Positions 40,986-57,073 of a stretch of DNA of 64,000 nucleotides are shown one piece after another (the stretch's first letter is position 1; each line of letters starts with the position of its first letter). The translations under genes were made by a program, and so were the position numbers. The notes below the pieces were generated by a model, which saw nothing but the letters and a program-made list of their open reading frames with translations, ran no database searches and was not told the DNA's origin. The stretch comes from the human T2T-CHM13v2.0 reference genome, Homo sapiens: assembly GCF_009914755.1 (NCBI RefSeq), contig NC_060937.1. One strand, 5' to 3'.

Positions 40986-43900
40986 AAAACATATTTTTAA
41001 TCTATCCACAACATAGTCTCAGAGTATATTTGTCAGAAACACTCAAAAAAAAGACAAAATAGGTTTCTTTTTGTTTTGTTTTGTTTTTCCAAGATGACAG
41101 ATTGGGGGCATTGCTAACATACCTCACTCGGAAGGACAAAATACTGTGTAGAGATTCACACTGTGAACTTTTTTAAGAAGTGACACAATAACTGAGCAGG
41201 AAAACCAAATGAATCTAGGGACTTTTTGAAGGAATCAGCAGGGTGCAGCCTTTACTGTAAGTCAGATAATGGGCTGAGTCCCCAGAATGTGAGAGCAGAA
41301 GAGACTGCCTCTGGGACACACCCCTCCAGAGTCGATGGCCTCAACTCTCTCCAGCCAGCACAGGAACCAACCTGGGGAAGGTCATGGAGTATAAAAGTAA
41401 GAGCAGTGGTGGGAACACCCTTGTGTACACTCCCAATCCACAGTGTGGACCAAGGGAAGCCATTCCTTATTGTTCCTCATGGGGAACCCTGCAGAGGTTA
41501 GCCAAATAGTTCAGCCAGTGGTCACAAGTTGAAAGAAGCCCTCAACTGTGTTCTACAATATAACCTCAGGTGGGGATGAACTCCCTTGGCTAGGGCCAGT
41601 GGGTGGAGGACAGGTAAAAAGTTGGCTGTAGCTGCAAGTAGAGGAGCTGGGCACCCAGCTTTGCTGGTGAACAGGGAGGGGTGTGGCATGAAAGTCACAG
41701 TTGGGATGCCCACAGGAAAAGCTTATGACCCGGGGCAGTTGCAAGTTCTGGGTATGGGCTGCCTGAAACTTAGTTTGCTGCTGCCAGTGGAACACTGCGG
41801 GAGTGGATCTGCCTAGCCAAAATTGTGGGATCTGTGTGGGGCTTGCTGCGGCCTGCTACTCTCCACTCCTTGCACAAACTCTTCTGTGAAGCAGAGGCAG
41901 CAACATTTCCCTCTGGAACATCAACCCAATGGCTAGAGAAACACCTCCATCCCCCAACATTCACAGGAGCTGCTGCTTTCCCTAAAGGCAGAGAGTCAGA
42001 GCACAAACAGGCCAATCCCCAATCCCCACCTGGTTTTGCCTTACCACCTGCCCTGGTAGCTTAACACAAAGACTAGAAACTTTTTGGAGCTATATGGCCC
42101 CACCTATCGCCTGAGATACAAGAGGACCCATCCTGGACTACATAAGGTAAGTAAAAATCCCACTGCTACTATCACAGCTGGTGTTCTTCTGCAAGCACCA
42201 CCTCTTGTCTGGAGGGCGGCCAATGCAGTTCATTTCAACACTTCTTGGTGGAATAACACTACTCAGGAAGTAGAAAATGGCTGAATGACTTCAGCTATCA
42301 CCTTCACCTACACCACTCTGGCTAACCAGGAGGTCCTGAGTCTCTTCATGTGACCAGTTGATGACCACTATAACCAGCACTGAAGAAAGTCAACACACTA
42401 AGACTATCTTTAACCAAGGAATCGCACAGAGACCCCATCACTCCACTGTTACCCCCATTAGAGCTGGTGCTACTACCCTCAGCTGGGAGACTTGAGGACA
42501 GGTAACATTACTGGATCCTTTGCATACATTCCCCACTTCCAGGCTGTAGTGTGGCAGCTTCACTGAGTGGCTAGACCCAGAGGAACAACAACACTCACAG
42601 CAGTCTGGCTCCCAGGGACTCCCATTCTTAGGGGACGGGGTGGGAGTGCACCACATCAAAGAATACCCTGTGTGACAAAATAATCTGGACAGCACGCCTT
42701 GAGCATTAGATCTCTCCAGTGGCGGGAAGTTTCTTTCAGCAGAGGCACAGTTGCAGTGCTGAGCTCAATAGGGAGAGTCTAGAGCTCACCCCTACAATCA
42801 GAGAGCTCTGGTGCATATGAAGCGTCTTGGAGAAGGGGGCATCTTTCTTCCCTCATCCATTACCACAGGTACAGTGGGGCTTCTCCCACAGGAGGTGGGT
42901 GTGGGTACAACTATAGATAGCCATTCTGGAACATGTCAGGGTGACTACATCCCCATAGGAATAGCATCCTCTAGGTTCAGACTTGCTCAAGAGATAGAGT
43001 CACAGTTTCTCTCTATTTGGAACATCAACATTCCTATGGAGGAAAAGAAGTGCCTGTCTCATCTGAATAGCCAGAGCACTGGGACTGGAGTATATCTGAG
43101 AGGTGGATAGCTTTCCTGCTGACCTGGCAGGAGTCACTGGGGTGACTCCAAGTCTTCTCCCTAGTAAGAACTCAGTGTGACTCACTGAGAGCTCCTCCAG
43201 CCACCTCTGTCAAGGCTGAGACTTCTGCCATCCATGGGTATTGCATTTACCCACCTGCTTTAGCCACAAACAGTTTTTATGCAGGGACACATGCCCTACT
43301 GGCCTGAAGCCCAAACCATCAAACCAGTAAATAAAATACTGGGGAAAAATAAATAAATAAGAAGTGCACACCATGGGGGAATGAGATAAGCTTCAAGAGG
43401 CCTGTATCATTCCAACCCCATAAGAGACAGTGAACTTTGCTGACACACAAAGCATATTGTTGCTAAAATAAGCATATGAGAAAGCCATCAAACAATGACT
43501 CTTTATAACCAAGCAACTCTTATAAAGTCTTCATCCCTGAAAGCATCAAGAACCAAATTAGGATATTATTAACTATAAGGATAAAAGTCATATTCTTAAG
43601 ACGAATAAGGAAATTTTTAAAAAAATAGTCAAATCAAACATAAATTCAAGAATAATTAGAAGAAATAGTCTACCCAAATGAGAAGAAACCAGAAAAGTAA
43701 CTCTGATAATATGACAAAACAGGGTTCTATAACTCCCTCAAAGGATTACACTAGCTCTCCAGCAATGCATCCTAAGATGAAATCTTTGAAATATTAGATA
43801 AATAATTCAAAAGATTGATTATTAAGCTATTCAAGGAGATACCAGAGAAAAGGTGAAATCCACCATGAAGAAATTTTTAAAAGCAGTTCAGCATACAAAT

Positions 43901-44051
43901 GAAAAATTGTCTAGAGAAATAGATATTATAAAGAAAAACCAGCCTTTTGTGTTAACTCACTGGGTCACTCTGCTTCTCCTGTTTCTCTTCTGTTATTATG
44001 AATTGGTTCATCTTTACTCCTTACTAGAACTGAGACTTCAGCGTGGTTCTA

Positions 44052-44130
44052 TGTTTTCTGAATCTTAGTTTCCTCAAATTTAAAATGGGCTGATACCTGG
44101 GGTGGCTGTGGAATTACATGGGACAAAATG
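44052..44130 (+). mobile_element. MIR core fragment within the insert
   Basis: 'tctgaatcttagtttcctcaaatttaaaatgggctgata' matches the MIR core. Confidence 0.6.
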
Positions 44131-44144
44131 TGTTGAGCACTTAC

Positions 44145-44713
<569 letters not shown>

Positions 44714-45864
44714 AGCCTCCCTTGTGTTTTCCCTCCTGTGTACCATGGTGGGAGGAGAGGGGTGCGTGAGGAAAAAAAAACACTATCAGAATTTCTGGGA
44801 ATACAAGACACATTTATGAAATTATGAAATGCAGTGGAAAGTATTAGCAATAGAGTCAAACTAGTAGAAATAAAAACTTTCATAGATTAAAGACAAAGTG
44901 TTTTGAATTAACTCAAACAGACAAAAATAAAAAAAAAGAATCAAAACAAATAAAGTCTCCAAGAATTACGGGGTTATGTAAAACAGCCAAATCTAAGAAT
45001 AATTGGTGTTCCCGAGAGATAAGAGAAAACAAAAAGGCTGGAAAACTTATTTGAAGGAATAACTGAGAAAAACTTCCCTGGCCTGGCTAGAGACTTACAT
45101 ATCCAAATCTAAGAAGTTCAAAGAATTCCTGGGTTATTTGGTGCAAGAAGATTTTCACCAAGGCATATAGTCATAAGATTATCTAAAGTCAGCATGAAGG
45201 AAAGAATTCTAAGAGCAGTAAGACAAAAGCATTAGGTAATCTACAAAGGAAGACCTATCAGACTAACCATAGACTTCTCAGCAGAAACATTACAAGCCAA
45301 AAGAGATTGGGGTCCTACTGTTAGCCTCCTTAAACAGGATAAATGTCAGCCAAGAATTTTGCATCCAGCAAAACTAAGTTTTATAAATGAAGGATAAATA
45401 AACTCATTTCAGACAGATAACTGCTGAGGTAATTTGTCACTACCAAATGAGCACTACTAGAAATGCTAAAAGGAGTTCTAAACTTTGAGACAAAAGCCCA
45501 ATACACACCAAAATAGAATTTCCTGAAAGCTTAAAACTCACAGGACCTATAAAACAATAACACAGCAACAAAAAACTAACTACCTAGGTAACAATTAACA
45601 TGATGAAAAGAATAGTATCTCACATCTCAAAATTAATATTGAACATAATTGGCCTAAATGTTCAACTTAAAAAGATACAGAATGGAAGAATGGATTTAAA
45701 AATCACACACCAAATGTCTGTTGTCTTCAAGAAACTCACCCAACAAAAATAGATTCATATAAACTCAAGGTAAGTGGGTGGAAAAAAAAGTTCCACACAA
45801 ATGGAAACCAAAAATGTGGAGTAGCTATTCTGATACCAGACAAAACAGATTTCAAAGCAAAAAC

Positions 45865-45867
<3 letters not shown>

Positions 45868-45905
<38 letters not shown>
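45868..45905 (+). repeat. A38 homopolymer inside the L1 ORF2 endonuclease region
   Basis: 38 consecutive A at a site where L1 normally has a short A run ('cagtaaaaaaagacaaag'). Confidence 0.95.
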
Positions 45906-45913
<8 letters not shown>

Positions 45914-48900
45914 AGGTCATTATATAATGATAAAGGATCAATTCAACAAGAAGATATTACAATCTAAATTTTTATGCATCAACACTGGAGCTCCCAGATA
46001 TATAAAATAATTAAAACAATTACTACTATACATAAGAAATGAACTAGACAGAAACACAATAATAGTGGGAGACTTCAACATACCACTGACAGCACTAAAC
46101 AGATCATCAGGACAAAAAGTCAAAACAGAAACAATGGACTTCAACAATGCACTAGAACAAATGGACTTCGATATTTACAGGACATTCTGCCCAAGCACTG
46201 CAGAACATACATTCTTCTCATTGGTAAATGGAACATTCTCCAAGACAGACCATAGGATAGGCCACAAAGCAAATCTCAATAAACTTAAGAAAATAGAAAT
46301 CATATTAAGTATCTTCTTAGGCCACAGAGGAATGAAACTGGAAATGAACTCCAAAAGGAACCCTAAAAACTATACAAATACATGGAAGTTAAATAATTGG
46401 TTCCTGAATAACTTCTGGGTTAAAAATTAAATCAAGATGGAAATTAAAAAAGTATTTGAAGTGAATGATAATAATGACACAAGTTCTCAGAACCTCTGGG
46501 ATACATAAAAAGCAGTGCTAAAATGAAAGCTTGTAGTTCTAAATGCCTACATCTAAAAGTCTGAAAGAGTGCAAATTGACAACTCAATGTTACACCTTAA
46601 GGAACTAGAGAAACAAGAACAAACTGAACCCACAGTGAGCAGAACAAAATAAATAAAAAATGTCAGAGTAGAAGTGAATGAGATTCAAAGAAAAAAAATA
46701 CAAAAGATAAATGAAACAAAAAGCAAGTTATTTGACAAGATAATAAAATTGACAGACCATTACATAGATTAACCAAGAAAAGATGAGAGAAAATCCAAAT
46801 AAGCTCAATTAGAAATGAAACTGGAGACATTACAACTCACATCACAGAAACACAAAAGATCATTAGAGACTATTGTGGACACCTTTGTGTGCACTATCAA
46901 GAAAACCTAGAGGAAATCAGTAAATTCCTGGAAACACACAACCCTCCTAGATTAAGCCAGGAAGAAATAGAAACCCTGAACAGACCAATAACAAGCAGTG
47001 AGATTGAATCGGTCATTTTAAAATTGCCAAGAAAAAAAGCAATGGATTCACAGCTGAGTTCTAGCAGACATTCAAAGAAGAATTGGTACCAATTCTGCTG
47101 AAACTATTTCAAAAGATTGAGAAAGAGTGAATCCTATCTAAAACATTCTATGAAACCAGTATCATCCTGATACCAAAACCAGGAAATAACAGAGAAAAAA
47201 AATACAGATGGGTACACTTGATGAACATAGATGGAAAAATGCTCAACAAAATACTGGCTAACTGAATCCAATAGTTCATCAAAAAGATAATGCAACATGA
47301 TCAAGTGAGTTCATTCACAGGGATGAAGGGATCATTTAACATAGGCAAGTCAATAGTGATACATCACATAAACAGAATTAAAAATAAAAATCATATAATC
47401 ATCTCAATAGATGCGGTAAAAGCATTTGACAAAATCTAGCACTGCTTTATGGTAAAAACTCTCAACAAACTAGACATAAAAGGCACTTACCTCAAAATAA
47501 TAAAAGCCATGTATGAAAAACCCACAACCAACATTACACTGAATGAGAAAGGTTGAAAGCATCTCCCCTAAGAACAGGAATAAGACAAGGATGCCCACTA
47601 TCACCACTCCTATTCAACATAGTTATGGAAGTCCTAGCCAGAGCAATTAGGGTAAAGAAAGAAATAAACGGCAACCACAATGGAAAAAAGGAAGTCAAAA
47701 TATCACTGTTGGCAAATGATATGATTATATTCTTAGAGTGTCCTAGACTCCTCCAAAAGACTCCTACATTTGATAAACACACTCAACAAAGTTTCAGATT
47801 ACAAAATCAATATGCACAAATTAATAGCATGGCTATTTGGCAAAAACAACGCAGCTAAGAATCAAATCAAGCACCCAACCCCCTTAACATCAGCTGCAAA
47901 AAAAAAAAAAAAAAAATTGAAGTAAAAGATGTCTACAAGAAGAATTACAAAATACTTCTGAAAGAAATCATAGATGACAAAAACAAATGGAACCAGATTC
48001 CAAGCTCATTGATTGGAAGAATTAATATTGTCAAAATGACCATATTGCTCAAAGCAATCTACAAATTCAATGCAATCTACAAATTCAATGTAATTTCCAT
48101 GAAAATAGCAACATCGTTTTTCACGGAATTAGAAAAAAAAATCCTAAAATTTATATGGAACCAAAGAACAGCCCAAATAGCCTAATAAATCCTAAGTAAA
48201 GAAAGAACAAATATGGAGGGATCACATTATTGGACTTCAAATTATACTACAAGGTTATAGTTAAAAAAACAGCATGGTACTAGTATAAAAACAGGCATAT
48301 AGACCAATAGAACAGAATCAAGAACCCAGAAATAAAGCTAAATACTTTGACATAAAAGCCGAATACTTTGAATTAAAGCCAACTGATCCTTGACAAAGCA
48401 TACAAAAACATAAGTTGGGGATGGACACCCTATTTAATGAATGGTTCTGGGAAAACTGGCAAGCCACATGTAGAAGAATAAAACTGAATCCCTATCTCTC
48501 AATTTATACAAAAAACAATTCAAGATGGATCAAAGACTTACATATAAGACCTGAAACCACAAGAAGTCTAGAAGACAACATTGGAAAAACTGTTCTAGAT
48601 ATCAGTCTAGACAAAGAATTCATGGCTAAGACCCCCCCACCAAAAGCAGCAAAAACAAAAGCAAATAAATGAGACCTAATTAAACTGGAAAACTTCTGCA
48701 CAGCAAAAGAAATAATCATCAGAGTAAACAGACAACCCACAGAATCGGAGAACATATTTGCAAAACATGCATCCAACAAAAGACTAGCATACAGAATCTG
48801 CAAGGAACTCAAACAAATCAGCAAGAAAAAAAACACAAACAATCCCATCAAAAAGTATGCAGATGATATGAATAGACATTTCTCAAAAGAAGATATACAA

Positions 48901-49016
48901 ACAGCCAACAAACATATGAAAAAATGCTCAATATCACTAATCATCAGGGAAATGAAAACTAAAACCACAATAAGATACCACCTTACTCCTTCAAGAATGG
49001 CAGTAATTAAAAAGTC

Positions 49017-49300
49017 TCACTCATAAGTGGGAGTTGAACAATGAGAATACATGGACACAGGGAGGGGAACATCACACACCAGGGCCTGTCCCAGGGTGGG
49101 GGGCTAGAGGAGGGATAGCATTAGGAGAAATACCTAATCTAGGTGATGGGTTGATGGGTGCAGCAAACTACCATGGCATGTGTATACCTATGTAACAAAC
49201 CTGCACATACTGCACTTGCACCCCAGAACTTAAAGTGTAATATAAATAAATAAATAAATAAAAAATAAATAGTACTAGTAAGCTAGAGAAGAAAAAAAAA
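49017..49300 (+). mobile_element. Short L1PA (PA7/8-like) 3' UTR insertion nested in the L1PB
   Basis: 'tcactcataagtgggagttgaacaatgagaa..ggagggatagcattaggagaaatacctaat..cccagaacttaaag'; TSD aaaaagtc at 49009-49016 and 49296-49303. Confidence 0.9.
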
Positions 49301-50039
49301 GTCAAAGAACAATAGATGTTGGTATAGCTGTGGGGAAAAGGAAACACCTATACACTGCTAGTAGGAAAGTTAATTAGTACAATCTCTATGGAAAACAATA
49401 TGGAGATTCCTTAAAGAGCTAAAAGTAGATCTACATTTTGATTCAGTCCCCACTACTGGGCATCTACCCAAAAGAAAAGACATCATTGTTTGAAAAAGAC
49501 ACTTTCACACATATGTTTATAGCAGCACAATTAACAAAAATGTGGAGCCAACCTAAGTGCTCATGGACTAATGAGTGGATAAAGAAAATGTGGTATACAT
49601 ACACCATGAAATACTCCTCAGCCATAAAACAGAATGAAATAATGTATTTTGCAGAAACTTGGATGGAGTTGGGGGCCATTATTCTAAGTGAAGTAACACA
49701 GCAGTGGAAAACAAAAAAAAACAAAAACATATGGTCTGACTTGTAAGTAGGAGCTAAGCTCTCAGTATGTAAAGGCATACAGAATGATATAATGGACTTT
49801 AGAGAATCAGAAGGGGGAGAGTTGGAAGGGGAATAGGGATAAGAAACTACAATATACACTACTCAGGTGGCTGGTGTACTAAAGTCTCAGGTTTCACCAC
49901 TGTATCATTCATCCATGTAACAAAAAAGGCCTGTACCCCAAAAGCTATTGAAATAAAATTTGAAAAATAATAATAAATAAAAAAGACAAAACAAATAACA
50001 TATTATTCAGCAGTGTGACACATTTTTATAACTTTATCT

Positions 50040-50394
50040 ATTTCTTTATTTCAATATGTTTTGGGGGAACAAGTGGTTTTTAGTTACATGAGTAAATTCT
50101 TTAGTGGTGATTTCTGAGATTTTGGTACACCCAATACCTGAGCAGTATACACTGTACCCAATGTGCAGTCATTTATCCCTCATCCCCTCTCACCCTTCTC
50201 CCTGAGTCCCTAAAGATTATTGTATCATTCTTATGCCTTTTTGTCCTCATAGCTTAGCTCCCACTTATGAGTGAGAACACATAATGTTTGGTTTTCCATT
50301 CATGAGTTACTTCACTCAGAATAATGGTCTCCAATGCCATCCAGATTGCTGCAAATTTCTTATTTCATTCTTTTTTAAGGCTGAGTAGTATTCT

Positions 50395-50443
<49 letters not shown>

Positions 50444-53090
50444 CATTTAAATTATAGACAGCTTTTGCGTTGAATTTATAGACAGCTTTTGACAGTAAGG
50501 TCATTTTCACAATATTAATTATTCCAATCCATAAGCACGGGATGTGAGATACATATATATATATACACACACATACACATACACACACACACACAAATAT
50601 ATATCTATAGATCATACACCACATATGTATATATATGTAGTACCATATAAAATGTGATATATATCAAATTTTCTTTATCCATTTGCTAATTGATAGGCAC
50701 TTGGGCTGGTTCCATATTTTTGCAATTGTAAATTGTGCAGTTGTAAACATGCATGTGTAAGAACTTTTTTGTGTAATAACTTCTTTTCCCTTGGGTATCT
50801 ACCTAGGAGTGGGATTGCTGGATCCAATGATAGATCTACTTTTAGTTCTTTAAGGCATCTCCACACTGTTTTCCATAGTGGTACTAGTTTACATGCCCAC
50901 CAGCAGTGTAAAAGTGTTAGATATATTATTTTTTGGTCTTTTAATTATGTCCATTCTTGCAGGAGTAAGTTGGTATCACGTTGTTTTTGATTTGGATTTA
51001 TCTGATAATTAGTGATGCTGAGCATTTTTCATATGTTTGTTGGCCTTTTGTATATCTTCTTTTGAGAATTGTCTGTTCATGTTCTTAGCCAACTTTTTGA
51101 TGGCATTGTTTGTTTTTTCGCTGATTTGAGTTCCTTGTACTCTGGATAGTAGTCCTTTGTCAGATTAACAGATTATGAAGATTTTCTGCCATTTTTGTGG
51201 GATATCTATTTACTCTGCTGATTATTTCTTTTGCTGTGCAGAAGCTTTTTAGTTTAATTAAGTCCTATCTATTTATCTTTGTTTTTGTTGCATTTGCTTT
51301 TGGTTTCTTGGTCATTAAGTCTTTGCCTAAGCCAGTGTCTGGAAGGGTTTCTCCAATGTTATCTTCTAGAATTTTTATGGTTTCATGTCTTAGATTTAAG
51401 TCTTCGATCTATCTTGCATTGATTTTTGTGTAAGGTGAGAGATGAGGATCCAGTTTCATTCTTCTACATGTGGCTTGCCAATTACCCCGGCACCATTTAT
51501 TGAATAGGGTGTCCTTTCTCACTTTATGTTTTTGTTTGCTTTGTCAAATATCAGTTGACTATAAGTATTCAACCTTATTTCTGGGTTCTCTATTCTGTTT
51601 CATTGGTCTATATGCCTGTTTTTATACCAGTATCATGCTGTTTTGGTGACTATGGCCTCATAGTATAGTTTGAAGTCAGGTAATGTGATGCCTTCAGATT
51701 TGTTCTTTTTGCTTACTTGGCTTTGGCTATGCAGGATATTTTTAGGCACCATATGAATTTTAAGATTGTTTTTTCTAGTTCTGTGAAGAATGATGGTAGT
51801 ATTTTTATGGGAATTGCATTGAATTTATAGACAGCTTTTGACAGTAAGGTCATTTTCACAATATTAACTATCCCAATCCATAAGCATGGGATGTGTTTCC
51901 ATTTGTTTGTGTCATCTATGATTTCTTTCAGCAATGTTTTTAGTTTTCCTTGTAGAGGTATTTTACTTCCTTGGTTAATTATATTTCTAAGTAATTTTTT
52001 AGCTATTGTAAAATGTATTGAGTTCTTGATTTGATTCTCAGCTTGGTCGCTCTTGGTGTGTAGCAGGGCTACTGATTTATGTACATTAATTTTTTATCCT
52101 GAAACTTTGTTGGATTCATTTACCAGTTCTGAGAGCTTTTTGGGTGAGTCTTTGGGGTTTTCTAGATATATGATCATATCACCAGAAAACAGTCATAATT
52201 TGACTCCCTCTTTACTGATTTAGATGCCCTTTATTTGTTTCTTTTGTCCGCTCTTGCTAAGACTTTCAGCACTATGTTAAATAGAAGAGGTGAAAGTCAG
52301 CATTCTTCTCTTGTTTCAGTTCTCAGGGGGGATAATTTCAACATTTCCACATTCAGTATAATGTTGGCTGTGGGTCTATCATTGATGGCTTTTATTACCT
52401 TAAGGTATATCTCTTCTATGCCAGTTTTGCTGAGGGGTTTAATCATACAGGGATGCTGAATTTTGTCAAATGCTTTTTCTGTGTCTCTTGAGATTATCAT
52501 GTGATTTTCAAAAATTCTGTTTATGTGGTGTATCACATTTATTGACTTGCAAATGTTAAACCATCCCTTCATCCTTGGTATGAAATCCACATGGTCATGG
52601 TATATTATCTTTTTTGATATGCTGTTGGATTTGGTTAGCTAGTATTTTGTTGAAGATTTTTGCATCTATATTCATCAGGGGTATTGGTATGTAGTTTCCT
52701 TTAAGTTGTTATGTCCTTTCTTGGTTTTGGTATTAGGGTGATACTGGCTTCTTAGAATGATTTAGGGAGGAGTCCATCTTTCTCTAACTTTTGGAATAGT
52801 GTCAAAGGATTGGTACCAATTATTCTTTGAATGTCTGACAGAATTCAGCTGTGAATCCATCTGGCCCTGGACTTCTTTGTTGGTAACTTTTTAATTACCA
52901 TTTCAATCTCACTGCTTGTCATTGGTCTGTTCAGAGTTTCTATTTCTTCCTAGTTTAATCTAGGAGGGTCAGATATTTCCAGGAATTTATCCAGATCTTC
53001 TAGATTTTCTAGTTTATGTGCATAAAGATGTTCACAGCAGGCTTGAATGATCTTTTTTTTATTTCTGTGGTATCAGTTTTATAACTTTAC
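50040..53090 (-). mobile_element. 5'-truncated L1PB1
   Basis: L1PB1 3' end ('ttttgggggaacaagtggtttt..tttagtggtgatttctgagattttgg') and antisense ORF2 ([28 protein letters not shown]). Confidence 0.92.
50397..50670. repeat. (TA)n/(CA)n tract containing a templated L1 fragment
   Basis: (TA)n from about 50397 to 50441; 50465-50546 duplicates 51814-51895. Confidence 0.9.
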
Positions 53091-53420
53091 CTCACTAGAT
53101 TATGAATTTCTCTTTTTGTAAAAAATACATAGCTATTTTTAAATAACAATAAAAATAGTAACACAGGGACATTTCTGTGCTTGCTTTTGTATTCTTAAAT
53201 CTATAAAGGCTTCATATTTTTCATTTTCTATTAAACAGAAATTTTGATGTCAGACATTTATACACTGTGTATATTTAACTCTAGACTCTAATTTTTACCT
53301 GTCATTGTTTCTTAAATATGGCAAATGCTATAAATGGGGATGTAGAAGTATAGGGCAATAAAATAAATCTTTTTTATGAAACCAGGGCATTTTAATTTTG
53401 TGGTTTTTCTTATTTTTGTG

Positions 53421-53481
<61 letters not shown>

Positions 53482-53482
53482 T
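53421..53482. repeat. (TTTC)n microsatellite
   Basis: Visible tetranucleotide run. Confidence 0.95.
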
Positions 53483-55096
53483 TTTCTGCTTGAGTAATTT
53501 TTTTTCTAATTGTGGGGAAGCATTGTATGGTGATGAAATAAAACTCTGGAAATGTATTCTTATTTTATAGTTATCAGGTAGGGCTAATACTGGAGTCCAA
53601 GTTTTTCTGGAGGAAGCTATGTTGAATTATCTAACTATCTGAGCCTATTTTTGTGTGACAACAGGAGTCAGATTGAAAGGGGAGAATGTTTCTATTTGGT
53701 TCTGGATTTTATACTGGGCATTTTCACTGAAACAACTTGTATAGTTTTGTTCTGATGCCCCACTTTAAGTATGCACACACACACACACACTTTTATTTCA
53801 ATGTTTAAATGTTATGTCTTTAGACATAGGAGGTCTGCAGAAAATGTACTGAATAACAGAGGTTTGTATGCTGGGTTCATAAGGGATTAAATTCACATAT
53901 TTTCTATCTCCAGGGTAATTTATCTCTCAGTCACACTATTTATGAGAGAATAATTCATAGTCCTACTACTCATTTGAAAATTATATTATTGGAAAAATTT
54001 TATTATTGAAGTTATATTTTGTTTGAGAGAACATGTTAATTTGGGATAGATATGCTAATGAAAAGAAACTAAGAAGAGTAAGCATAATATAAAAAGTTTA
54101 AAAAGATATAAGGAATCACAGTCCTGACCTGTCTATCTACTCATACACACATTTAGCATTTATACTTAAGGGCCCCAGCTGTAATACAAATTCCCAGAAC
54201 AGTCTGATTAATGAACTAGTAGGTTGCGTGGGACATCACGCAGTAACTTTAACAGGCAAACACTGACACATTAGCATTCAGTGATCTCTTCCCAGAAGGA
54301 AAAACCTAACAGACAAAGAAGTATGCAGAAAGAAGATAAAAGAAAGACAGCATGCATTGAAAGAAGAAAATAGTTTTTAAATCACTTGAAGATTTTTCTC
54401 TCAATTCTTGCTTTCTTTAATAAAGTGAAGGAGCTTCTGTAACTTACTGCAAAGGAGCAAGGAGCAAAAGTTACATTGTTTCAAATTTCATTTGCCTTCA
54501 GCAAGGTTTTGAAAACTATGAAAACTATTTTATGAAACATAAAAAAGTGGTTTTCCTGTCATTAATAAATGTTATTCTTACAGCCTCACCAATGAAATCT
54601 CGTCTTCTCAGGAAAAAATTCAAGTTTATCCTATTGAAATTTGACTTACACCTTTCTGATGTCAGGACATAGTACCAAAATGTATATATTAAGCATAATT
54701 ATTTAATTAAACATATTTTAATTAAATCCAGACTTATTTGACAGGCATTTCAAATTGTCTTATTTTAATCATGCCTCATTTATCTGTTATCTCAAGAAAT
54801 CATTAAATTTTGTGAGCCGCTTTCCCTCCTCTCATTTGATGCATGGCTAGTAAAAAAATCTTTGCACCCTTTCCTTCCTCCATCTTTTATACCTGGATTT
54901 GGTAGTTGCTTGAAGATGACTTGGACTCCATTATAAATGGAGCTTCCCTTTAAGATCCAATGTTTGTAAGAGTGTTCCTCAGATTGTTTTATTAATTTTA
55001 CTACAGAAAAATGGCAACTGTGACACAATCTGTGAAACCAAATGTGCTTGCATTTATATGATGTTTGATATGGCTCCTTTAAAGAAACCAGTGTAG

Positions 55097-57073
<1,977 letters not shown>

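Noticed and set aside
41226-43185. Cluster of overlapping ORFs in GC-richer sequence
   Set aside because: They lie in the L1PB 5' UTR; ORFs on both strands reflect composition and show no recognisable domain.
48050-48385. Short tandem duplications in L1 ORF2 (gcaatctacaaattcaat x2; aaagc..aatactttga x2)
   Set aside because: Ordinary slippage mutations in a dead L1.
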